Source: a virus (Duplodnaviria > Caudoviricetes). Taken from it: DNA of 64,000 nt. The notes below the pieces were generated by a model. That model had not been told where the DNA came from. It saw only the letters and a program-made list of their open reading frames with translations, and made no database searches. Below, piece after piece: positions 18,891 to 27,326 of the stretch; within the stretch, counting starts at the first letter, position 1, and each line of letters opens with the position of its first letter. Made by a program: the position numbers and the translations under genes. The stretch covers positions 10,232-74,231 of IMG/VR virus record IMGVR_UViG_3300014168_000003. The stretch is one strand, 5' to 3'.

Positions 18891-19611
18891 CGTGTTCCCC
18901 TTCTATGGTCTTTAATACTCGACGGAGAGCCAGTTTTGTACCAACTGTCTTCAGCGCACCAGATGGGTCATCACCGGGGCAGTCACCGATAGCCTCTACC
19001 GGTATGTCCAGGATTTTACTCAGAATGATCTTAGATTTTTCACCCGCTTCATCATGATCGAACAATAGGTAAAGATGTCGCACTCCAAGGATCTTAAGGT
19101 AAGCCACATGTTTCTCTCCAATAGATTTGGTAAGGGAAGACATGATGGGGAGGTTAGGGGCCATGATTTTTGCAGCTACCAAATCAAACGGCCCCTCAGC
19201 CAGTGTGACCGACTTCAATCGTAGGATCTTCTCCAGGGTCTGGTCAGTATTCCCGATCCAGGTAGGGCCTAGGAAGACCTTTTGGCTCACTCCCAGCGTG
19301 TGATATTTACCGGGGCCAAACAGGTCATGGAGGAGGGGCTTTGTCTGGGCACTGGTGGTGTGTCCTGCCGCATCCACCTTGGGGAACACGAACATAGGGC
19401 CAGGGATCATTTTCTTGGGGACATAATAAGCCCCAAGTTCTTGCAAAACTGGAATGACCTCAGACTCCTTGATTTTCCAGCCTCGAAGTGCGATCATCTT
19501 TTCAGCCGTGACTTGCCACATGTCTCGACCTATCTTCTCGTACAGCTTCTCAGTTCTGGACCTCAATTCGTTAAGGTCATTCCACCATGCATCTTGTAAA
19601 TATAAACTCAT
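18883..19611 (-). CDS. DNA primase catalytic TOPRIM domain lacking a zinc-binding domain
   Basis: VTLAEGPFDLVA, LYLLFDHDEAG (DxD), GDDP; no CHC2 motif. Confidence 0.8.
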   Translation of the reverse strand: MSLYLQDAWWNDLNELRSRTEKLYEKIGRDMWQVTAEKMIALRGWKIKESEVIPVLQELGAYYVPKKMIPGPMFVFPKVDAAGHTTSAQTKPLLHDLFGPGKYHTLGVSQKVFLGPTWIGNTDQTLEKILRLKSVTLAEGPFDLVAAKIMAPNLPIMSSLTKSIGEKHVAYLKILGVRHLYLLFDHDEAGEKSKIILSKILDIPVEAIGDCPGDDPSGALKTVGTKLALRRVLKTIEGEHDD

Positions 19612-19614
19612 AGG

Positions 19615-19794
19615 CTACTCGCTGATTCCCGCACACTCCATACAGACACATGGGCCGTCCCCTAGCGGAGACATGCAGTACAACTCGTAGTCTACACGCT
19701 TCCCGCATTCCATGCAAGTATGTTCGTCAACAAATCGAGCCATGAGTCGATCTATTCGGGCCTCCGATAGTTCAATAGGGTCAGGAACGTGCAT
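19615..19794 (-). CDS. Small Zn-finger protein (59 aa), below the ORF-track cutoff
   Basis: Manual translation MHVPDPIELSEARIDRLMARFVDEHTCMECGKRVDYELYCMSPLGDGPCVCMECAGISE*. Confidence 0.6.
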   Translation of the reverse strand: MHVPDPIELSEARIDRLMARFVDEHTCMECGKRVDYELYCMSPLGDGPCVCMECAGISE

Positions 19795-20782
19795 TGGGCC
19801 TCACCATGGAATTTCGATCAGCCCAGGCCCAGAAAGCGGCATCACCTTGAGTGCGAAGCTGCCAGTCATCCAGCCACTCTGCATCGGGTTTGTCCCGAAG
19901 AATGGAGGTTTCAAACAATTCGTCACCCGTGCAGATGAGACGGTCGATGATGTCACCCACCTCACGGTTTGTCAGTTTGCCATTCCGAATGTCCAGAAGC
20001 AATGGGGCTTCAGGTCGAGGGTAAGTGAGGTTGCCAGTGGTGAGGATTTCATTCATCTCACTGGTAATACGGACACTGTGATACATGGCCTTCAGGTCAA
20101 TGCCCTTATCCTCTTTGGCTTGCTGGGAACGACCACCATAGCGACTGCGAAGGTCCATCAGGGGTGTTACCCACAGCTTAAGTGGGGTGGTCTCACCAAA
20201 GCTCTTACCACAGATTTCGATGTGCCGAACGTCCATGTTGACCGTATGCTCAACCCACAGTCTAGCCCCCTCAGCATCCTTATAATGCTCCATGAGCCCA
20301 CAGAAAGCCGATTCATGAAGACGGCCATTGGGAGTAACCTCCTTCTCATCCAAGAACATTTTGATGTCCTCAATGAAATGATCCAGAGTCCGGAGCCGCT
20401 CACCCTTCAGGCTGTATTTCTGAGCCTGGGAACGAGCGTAGCCGACAAAAGGTCGGAGATTCTTGCTCACCAATCGAGCCTTGTTCTCCACCAGTTCATC
20501 CCATGCATCAGAAGTGCTGACCACCAATTCCTTCGGCGTGAACAACATGCTATAAGCCAGGGTCTGACCCTGTTTGAGCATACGGCAGAAATTGGAGATG
20601 TGATGAGCCTCAAACTCGACTTTATGGCTCCCAGCCCCTTCCACCGTGTTCTCCGCATCAGTCTTGTTGAAAACCAATTCTTCCATGTCACAGACGAACA
20701 CGGCTTTCAGGTCCGTGTCAGAAGTGGGGAGAGCGGTACCAAACAGTTTGGAACCATATATCGTTTTGACCAGAAGTTTCAT
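19781..20782 (-). CDS. RlaP/Nuc-transf-like nucleotidyltransferase (Pol beta superfamily)
   Basis: MKLLVKTIYGSKLFGTALPTSDTDLKAVF (GS..DxD), GYARSQAQKY, DLKAMYHSVRI, LLLDIRNGK. Start placed at ATG 20782; the track uses 20812. Confidence 0.85.
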   Translation of the reverse strand: MKLLVKTIYGSKLFGTALPTSDTDLKAVFVCDMEELVFNKTDAENTVEGAGSHKVEFEAHHISNFCRMLKQGQTLAYSMLFTPKELVVSTSDAWDELVENKARLVSKNLRPFVGYARSQAQKYSLKGERLRTLDHFIEDIKMFLDEKEVTPNGRLHESAFCGLMEHYKDAEGARLWVEHTVNMDVRHIEICGKSFGETTPLKLWVTPLMDLRSRYGGRSQQAKEDKGIDLKAMYHSVRITSEMNEILTTGNLTYPRPEAPLLLDIRNGKLTNREVGDIIDRLICTGDELFETSILRDKPDAEWLDDWQLRTQGDAAFWAWADRNSMVRPNARS

Positions 20783-20833
20783 ATCAGATCCAATGCAGGA
20801 AAAAGTGAGCAATCAGAAGAACGGTCACTACAG

Positions 20834-20866
20834 CTATTATACCCACAACATCGACAATTCGTATAG
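20834..20866 (-). promoter_or_regulatory. Putative sigma70-like early promoter TATA(C/G)G-N14-TGGGTATAATAG
   Basis: The 12-mer TGGGTATAATAG and an identically spaced upstream TATA also occur at 35683-35715. Confidence 0.55.
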
Positions 20867-20884
20867 GCTCATTCGCTGGTTTGT

Positions 20885-21301
20885 TCATTTTTTTTCCAAC
20901 GTATCCTGAGTCTGTCGCTGCTCCATCCCGATCAACCCTTCCTTGGTTCGCTCATACTCAGCAGGGTCATCAAATTGACTCAAAACCCACAAAAGTGTAG
21001 CGATATCCCGATAATCACGAAGCATCCGCTGTGTGTTACAGATATCCTCCCTGAACGCTACGGCCAATTCCTCTTTTGTGAGTTCAGGCTCGAAACACAT
21101 AGGGTTCAAGCAGACTTCAGGGTCTCTGGAGCCACAACCTTCGCAGAACCACTCTTTCTTCACATCATCCCATACTTTATGAGCGCAGTTAGAGCCCTTG
21201 GGCTTGAGTCTGGCCTTAACGTATCGTTTACGATGTCGCTGAAGGAGTTCTTTTAGCCTTGCCAGAATCTCCAGATCGGACTTTACTTTGATTTGAGCCA
21301 T
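20885..21301 (-). CDS. Hypothetical Cys-containing (Zn-binding) protein
   Basis: CAH...CEGC..C motif, 138 aa. Confidence 0.6.
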   Translation of the reverse strand: MAQIKVKSDLEILARLKELLQRHRKRYVKARLKPKGSNCAHKVWDDVKKEWFCEGCGSRDPEVCLNPMCFEPELTKEELAVAFREDICNTQRMLRDYRDIATLLWVLSQFDDPAEYERTKEGLIGMEQRQTQDTLEKK

Positions 21302-21914
21302 TTGCCCTCAATTCATCTAGTTCATCAGAGGTAAGCTCCCGCAGGAGCGGCCCCGTCTCTACACTCAATACTCGGTCTGCCGCACAAGCCAGCAGAGGCT
21401 GCTGAGTAATTGACAAAATAGTGTAATCGTGGTCATCACAGAGGGATTTGAGCATCTCCGAGACCTTGGGAAGCCGGTCAGCCGACACATTGTTGAACGC
21501 CTCATCCAAAATAATCAGTTTATTCAGTTTGAACCTCTGGATCATGATGACTCTCAGCAGGAAGGAGATAACATTGACAACCCCTCCACCCATGGTGTCG
21601 ATTGGGGGACCGATCACATCACCTTCTTGGACCATAAGGCGGTATGAATCGCCCCTGGCCCCTTCCTTGCGCTCAATCACAAGTTGAAGATCCTGATCAA
21701 AAACCAGCTTCAGTCCATCGGAAACGATGGATTCCACCTTGCCAATACCGTTCGCACTGATGACCTGAATGGCCTTATCGATGACACCCAGAGCCTTCGT
21801 ATTCATGATCTTCTGAGCTTCCAGATCATCAATCTTGACTTGATTTCGTTGGAGAATGGTCTGTTCGGTGAGCAGGCCGGAGCGCACAGATTCGAATTGA
21901 GAGTTGAAGTCCAT
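21228..21914 (-). CDS. SbcC/Rad50 C-terminal ABC half as a stand-alone gene
   Basis: Short coiled coil, signature TMGGGVVNVISFLLR, Walker B LIILDEAFNNV, H-loop-like SITQQ; no Walker A. Confidence 0.85.
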   Translation of the reverse strand: MDFNSQFESVRSGLLTEQTILQRNQVKIDDLEAQKIMNTKALGVIDKAIQVISANGIGKVESIVSDGLKLVFDQDLQLVIERKEGARGDSYRLMVQEGDVIGPPIDTMGGGVVNVISFLLRVIMIQRFKLNKLIILDEAFNNVSADRLPKVSEMLKSLCDDHDYTILSITQQPLLACAADRVLSVETGPLLRELTSDELDELRANGSNQSKVRSGDSGKAKRTPSATS

Positions 21915-21962
21915 CTAACATAATACTCCAAGGACCACGTGATGCGGCCTTGGAGTCAAGAA

Positions 21963-23477
21963 TTAGGTGACGGCAATGGAGGTGTACCAGTACCAAGTAC
22001 TCTGAACCCAGGCAACGGTCTGCCATGTATTGTTCATTGTGAGGATCATAGTGTCCCCTGCGGTGAGCGGGACGACTATCTGACCCATCGCCACCGTTGC
22101 CCAAGGAGCGTTACCAGAGCTATTGAGCACCATCTGATTCCAATATGGATTGTTTAGAATATAGGAAATCGGGAGCCCATCGCTACCGTTTGCATTACTT
22201 AACCAAATGGTGATGGTCCCACCAACGCCAGTTCTTTCATTATAAATGGAGCCAATATAACCGCAATGACCCCCACCGGGTGCAGAGTTGTCATAGCCCT
22301 GAGCCCACAGCCAGCCTCCGATTATAGCTAAACAGTTTTGAGAGGCGTAAAACTGAACCGTATTCCCTGAGTTGTAAGAGGCAACCAGTTTAGTGGAGGA
22401 GCCAGCAATGGAGGCTCCCGCAGGGTTCACTCCAGCCGTAACCATTCCATTTGTTACTACGAAATAACCAGAGTAAGCATCAACTCCAGCCACACCTTGA
22501 ACACCTTGTGGACCTTGGCTACCCTGTGGACCCTGAATGCCCTGGATACCCTGAATGCCCTGGATACCTTGAGGTCCGGTCGGACCCACGATTCCAGTCA
22601 GGCCAGTATTGCCATTAATACCAGTCAGACCAGTCGCACCTGTCATTCCAGCCGCTCCGGTCGGCCCCGTAGACCCAGTGTAGCCGGTGTACCCGCTCTG
22701 TCCTGTGAGACCTGTCAATCCAGTCGCACCGGTCAAACCGGTCTTTCCAGTCTGCCCCTGAGCCCCAGTTGGTCCGGTCGAACCGGTCGCTCCCATCACG
22801 CTCGAACCAACGAAGAACTTATTCTGAGCCTTGTCATAAACGAGATCATAGCAGCCACCAGCTACCATGTCATTGGGATGAGGAGTGGAACCATCTGAAC
22901 GAACAATAGAAATCGCCCCAATCCCAGTCCCCACATTCAACGTGCAGGCACCCGTAATGGTGTTCTTCACCACAACACTGAAACTCATACCGTCATAGAG
23001 CTTGGTAACGATAGGCTTGGTGGTGATGACTAAGGCATTAAGTAGCCCCGTATCCTGGACATGCCGCAAGGCTCCAGAAACCAGCCCACCCCAAGAAGCC
23101 CAGTTAGTGCCGTCCGGACCACTCACATTAGGATCTACGGCTGTCCCATCTTCGATGCAAGCAAACTCATAACCCAGATCGTTAGTTTTCAGCACCGCAC
23201 CAATCGGATAACCAATCGTGTCAGCAAAGTTGGAGTCGTACCACCAGTAGCCACCACAGTTGGTCCAGACCTGAGATGCAGTTATGAAATTGAAAATCCC
23301 ATTGAAATCCTGCCCAGTGGGTGGTTGGCCACCAAAAGCAATAGGCTGCATGGTGATCTGGGGGAATCCATCATGCGTCGAAGCAGCCGGAGAATTGGAT
23401 GCGTATGAGATGGCATTCTTCAATCCTGCATAGGCGAATGGATTAGTTTGGATTGCGGGTTTACTAACTGCGGACAT
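21963..23477 (-). CDS. Tail fibre protein with collagen-like repeats
   Basis: N-terminal [35 protein letters not shown] fibre-attachment region, then more than 30 Gly-X-Y triplets, then a beta-rich tip. Confidence 0.85.
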   Translation of the reverse strand: MSAVSKPAIQTNPFAYAGLKNAISYASNSPAASTHDGFPQITMQPIAFGGQPPTGQDFNGIFNFITASQVWTNCGGYWWYDSNFADTIGYPIGAVLKTNDLGYEFACIEDGTAVDPNVSGPDGTNWASWGGLVSGALRHVQDTGLLNALVITTKPIVTKLYDGMSFSVVVKNTITGACTLNVGTGIGAISIVRSDGSTPHPNDMVAGGCYDLVYDKAQNKFFVGSSVMGATGSTGPTGAQGQTGKTGLTGATGLTGLTGQSGYTGYTGSTGPTGAAGMTGATGLTGINGNTGLTGIVGPTGPQGIQGIQGIQGIQGPQGSQGPQGVQGVAGVDAYSGYFVVTNGMVTAGVNPAGASIAGSSTKLVASYNSGNTVQFYASQNCLAIIGGWLWAQGYDNSAPGGGHCGYIGSIYNERTGVGGTITIWLSNANGSDGLPISYILNNPYWNQMVLNSSGNAPWATVAMGQIVVPLTAGDTMILTMNNTWQTVAWVQSTWYWYTSIAVT

Positions 23478-24120
23478 TTACAACTCCCTGAGAGAACGTT
23501 CCCTGACCGAAGGGCTGGAATCCTGATCCTGCAAAACCAAAAGTTGTTAGGGGGTCAACCTCAAGTGAAGGTGGGGCCTGGAATGAGTAGTAAGCCCCAT
23601 TTAAAACCAAACCATCAGAAATCCTGGTAGCCGTAACATCAAACGAAAGTCGGGCTCCATTTGTGAACCAGCTAGTATAATTATTTGAAAGATAAAATGT
23701 CCCGGTAGATGGGTCGAACCATGTCCACTCATAATTGGTAATTTGAGTTGGGGCTGTAGTTGGGGCGGGGATATTCAAAATCGTGTCGTCAGAGGTATTC
23801 GGAGGAAAGTTCAAGATCACGCTCAACATCGTCAACGTAGCGGTCCACGTATAAGAAGTGGGGTCTGAGCCATCTACCATCGTAACCGGCTGGGTTAGGA
23901 TTCCCGAGGTGCCGGGGACGGTTTTGAAGAATTTCGGTAAGTAAGTGAAGAGAAGCGGCGGGGCTCCGAAGGTTACCACGTTTGAGTTAGGGCTTGTTCC
24001 GTCACTATTGGTGGAATTGACATAAAATTTATAGGTCATAGTGGGGTCTAACCCGGTCAGTGTGGTTGTCGTTATGGCTCCACTACCGATTGTTTGCAGA
24101 AGATTAAAGGGCGCGGACAT
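23464..24120 (-). CDS. Virion/baseplate protein beginning with the C-terminal half of an FN3 domain
   Basis: [33 protein letters not shown]; C-terminal [16 protein letters not shown]; own AGGAG RBS. Confidence 0.65.
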   Translation of the reverse strand: MSAPFNLLQTIGSGAITTTTLTGLDPTMTYKFYVNSTNSDGTSPNSNVVTFGAPPLLFTYLPKFFKTVPGTSGILTQPVTMVDGSDPTSYTWTATLTMLSVILNFPPNTSDDTILNIPAPTTAPTQITNYEWTWFDPSTGTFYLSNNYTSWFTNGARLSFDVTATRISDGLVLNGAYYSFQAPPSLEVDPLTTFGFAGSGFQPFGQGTFSQGVVNVRS

Positions 24121-24128
24121 CTTTACTC

Positions 24129-27100
24129 CTAGCTCGTTGCATCAGAAAGTGGAGCTACTGAAACCCCAGGTGTGGCACTACCAAATACCTGATAGGTCTC
24201 AACCAAATCTGGCCTGACCTGAGTCCACGTAAGGGTCACAGAGGTGTCAGTATTTTGAGTGAGAGTGAGAATGGGGGCCTGGAGGACTCCGGTGTAATTA
24301 GACTCAAAATTACTCAGGAACTCACCCGTTACTACGTTTTGATTAATGCGGCTAGTGCGATCCCATACGTTTACAATAGACCTAAGACTAAGATCGAACA
24401 CCGTTTCAAAATATTCCAGTGCAGATGTTTGAGTCTTGGGTGCGAGGCTACCCACCAAGACCGTTCCCTGCCGGAGGTTCTCAACCTGCTGGAATCTAAT
24501 GAATACGATGTAATCCCCACCATACAGATTGAAGCTGGAAGTAGACAGGAGCAGCACATCTCCGAGGACTAGACCTTCTTCGGCTACCTGAATGAAGAAG
24601 GCCCCGGCTGAGGTGGCAAAGGCAAAAACTCTAGAGCCATTGAAGGAAGGGGTGGCTGAAAACCACATTACCTCTGTGCTAGTCGAGAAATATGAGCTAA
24701 GGTCAATGGAGTCCTGATAATAATCAGAAATATTGTAGAGCCCCAGATCAGTGTAGCGAAGAAGTTGATGGTCATCTGTCAGGACCATCAGATCATCATC
24801 CTCTAAGAGGACTGCATCAACGATCTTTCCACGGTCGTTTCCTAGGAGGAACACTTTTCTATAGTAGATGTCTCCAGAACCCTCTTCCCCTATGACTGCA
24901 ATCGAATACTCTCCGATGTAAGTCTGCCGTCTGGCCCCAGTGGAGGAATTACGAGAAACCTTCATCTGAACGAAGTCTGATGTGACGAGCCCCACTTCAA
25001 TCGACCCCCAAACTGACTGATCAGTCGGGTTATTACGAGTGAGAATTGAAGACAGAGCCGGGGTGGAGTAGACTGCTCTACTTATGAAATTCTGATCCAA
25101 AGTAGCGGTGTTAATGGCCGAAACAGCCACCGCTACGGTTGAAACCACTGGAGTGTTGATACCGTCTGATACGGTAACCTGGAAGACTACCGTGCTGCCC
25201 AGGACATAAGTCCCACTCAACAATATCCAAAGATAGGAGAGGTTGGTATTGATCAGAATGGGGACCGAAGTTCCGGAAATCTGAGCCCATGAGTAGGTAA
25301 GAGGGTAGCAATTTCCGGTAGTAATGCTTTCCGTTGCGATTGTTCCAACTGTTCCGGAAAGAGAATAGGTGGACCCAGCTTCGTTTAGCACTCCTGAGAG
25401 AAGCCCTGTAATAGTCAGACCAGACAGAGCGTTAGGAGAACCTCCAGAGCCCTGTAACACTTGCCCTATTGCAATTGCTCCCTGAGATGGGACAGTTTGA
25501 AGAGTCATCACATTGGTAGCAAAGCTGGCTGTAGCCCCATAAGAGCCTACGATGGTTGGAACCAACGCAACTGTGCTATTTCGAGGAAGTGGGATATCCC
25601 ACTGATTCGTCATGGAATTGTAAGTAAAGAGCGAGGGGTTCCAAGTGACAACCGGTGGGGCTGTGGCCGCAACTGTGAGAGTCGCTGTAGCGGTTACGGG
25701 AGAGTGCAATGGGGTGAGGCCATCCTGTGCCAGATCCACCACGGAAACTGTAACGTTTACGGTAAACGCAGCAGGGCCTATCTGGTTAGGAATGACAACG
25801 TTAAGGAGGGCAGGATTTCCTGCAACTGGAATGAGTTGGACCAGTCCCGTCACATCATCACTACTCCAGGTGAAGCGCATTGGGTCATAATCTGGATCAA
25901 AAGTTCCAGTCGCATCCAAAATAGTCGTAGCCCCTCTTTTGACTGTCTCAATCGGAGGAGTGATAATCGTATGGTTACCCGCATCGATAACCAAATTCAC
26001 CACAGGGGGGGAATTGTAGAACGAAACAAACAGGGGGATGTAAGAAGGTGGAAGAGTTGGGGTGGCTGGTGTCTGTTCTCCAATCACAGCCCAAGCGGAG
26101 GTCGTATCCACTACACTCTTAGTCCCTCTCAGCCACGTTAGGAGAAGCTGGTCGTAGTGCCCTGGCTGAAACGTATATTTCAACGTTGTGGGGTCTAACA
26201 GATTTGAAACTAGCAACCCACCCGCACCAGAATTGACATTACCCCATAGATAATTCAGGTGGATGTTATCTCCTGAATCATAGACGAGTGTAGGCTCCAT
26301 GTAGGTTTTAGTGGTTGACCCCGTATAAGTAATAAAATGCCAGATCCCATAGGCCCTGGTTCCAACCAGTAGGGTTGAAGAAAGCTGGTTTCCGGTCTGT
26401 GTGTAGTACAGATGGGACATAACCCGATCATAAGTTGGGTCGGTCAGCGGGAGAACTGTGAGTTTTGTGTCGATGAAGTTACTAGCGTAGAAATACACAA
26501 CTGTTTCGGCAGACCAAACCCCACTGTGAAATGTCCGCACTCTAATCTGTTGAAGAGCGGAGCCGAACGTCACCACTTTGAGATGAGCCGTGTAGTAGGC
26601 TTCAACGGTGGTGCCATCAGTCGTAAGAGAGACAGCCCCGTAGGTTTCTCCGGTTCTGATCGTCTCTACGGCCCAATCTCCTGCCGCTTTATCAGCAGTA
26701 AAGGAGGAGCTAGAAGTGTTGGCTTTGATGCAGACGTAACCTACTCCACCATAGGATGCCCGGTTTCCAACCACATACATGGTGGAAGCAGCCCAGGCTG
26801 GAGCAAGTAGGGGGGTAACACTGCTAACCGTGTTATTTGAGGCCAACACAATCCCCACTAATGTATAATCATTTGTAAGAGTGGGATTGGTGGGGTTGGT
26901 GACGGCTGTGACGATGACACTTGTCCCATCAGATTGTGAAACAATATCGTATCCGGAATGGATACGATTACCAGTGATTACGGTTGAGGGAGCAGAGAGT
27001 GTGTCCGTGGATCCTGGGGTGAGAGTGAACGCCACCAAGTCAGTTAGGGTGCTATTTGTAGCGTTGGTGACGGCCCCAATGATGTGAACCAAAGTCCCAT

Positions 27101-27326
27101 CATAGCTGATAGCAGGATCGAACGCAATATCCCCTGCGGTAGGGAATGTATAGGTTACGGTTGCGGTAAAAGTGTTGCCATAATCCGTTGATTTGAATAT
27201 CTGGAACGTTCCATTAGATAGACTATTGGAAACAACGTAGAAAGTGCCTGGAGATGTCTCCAGAAATTCCCCGTTACCGGTGAGGACTTCAGAGGTCCAT
27301 GACTGGGTTCCAAGTAATGTAATCAT
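24129..27326 (-). CDS. Large virion structural/adhesin protein (beta-propeller-like, CBM-like and Ig/PKD-like segments)
   Basis: 1065 aa T/S/V-rich; WAASTMYVVGNRASYGGVGYVC (CBM5/12-like), LDATGTFDPDYDPMRFTWS (PKD-like); ends in the N-half of an FN3 domain. Confidence 0.7.
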   Translation of the reverse strand: MITLLGTQSWTSEVLTGNGEFLETSPGTFYVVSNSLSNGTFQIFKSTDYGNTFTATVTYTFPTAGDIAFDPAISYDGTLVHIIGAVTNATNSTLTDLVAFTLTPGSTDTLSAPSTVITGNRIHSGYDIVSQSDGTSVIVTAVTNPTNPTLTNDYTLVGIVLASNNTVSSVTPLLAPAWAASTMYVVGNRASYGGVGYVCIKANTSSSSFTADKAAGDWAVETIRTGETYGAVSLTTDGTTVEAYYTAHLKVVTFGSALQQIRVRTFHSGVWSAETVVYFYASNFIDTKLTVLPLTDPTYDRVMSHLYYTQTGNQLSSTLLVGTRAYGIWHFITYTGSTTKTYMEPTLVYDSGDNIHLNYLWGNVNSGAGGLLVSNLLDPTTLKYTFQPGHYDQLLLTWLRGTKSVVDTTSAWAVIGEQTPATPTLPPSYIPLFVSFYNSPPVVNLVIDAGNHTIITPPIETVKRGATTILDATGTFDPDYDPMRFTWSSDDVTGLVQLIPVAGNPALLNVVIPNQIGPAAFTVNVTVSVVDLAQDGLTPLHSPVTATATLTVAATAPPVVTWNPSLFTYNSMTNQWDIPLPRNSTVALVPTIVGSYGATASFATNVMTLQTVPSQGAIAIGQVLQGSGGSPNALSGLTITGLLSGVLNEAGSTYSLSGTVGTIATESITTGNCYPLTYSWAQISGTSVPILINTNLSYLWILLSGTYVLGSTVVFQVTVSDGINTPVVSTVAVAVSAINTATLDQNFISRAVYSTPALSSILTRNNPTDQSVWGSIEVGLVTSDFVQMKVSRNSSTGARRQTYIGEYSIAVIGEEGSGDIYYRKVFLLGNDRGKIVDAVLLEDDDLMVLTDDHQLLRYTDLGLYNISDYYQDSIDLSSYFSTSTEVMWFSATPSFNGSRVFAFATSAGAFFIQVAEEGLVLGDVLLLSTSSFNLYGGDYIVFIRFQQVENLRQGTVLVGSLAPKTQTSALEYFETVFDLSLRSIVNVWDRTSRINQNVVTGEFLSNFESNYTGVLQAPILTLTQNTDTSVTLTWTQVRPDLVETYQVFGSATPGVSVAPLSDATS

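Noticed and set aside
19712-20866. 384-aa plus-strand ORF
   Set aside because: Antisense shadow of the motif-supported nucleotidyltransferase; no recognisable motifs.
24110-24170. Programmed -1 frameshift fusing the two FN3 halves
   Set aside because: No in-frame X XXY YYZ heptamer, a TGA blocks the -1 frame shortly upstream, and the downstream gene has its own RBS.
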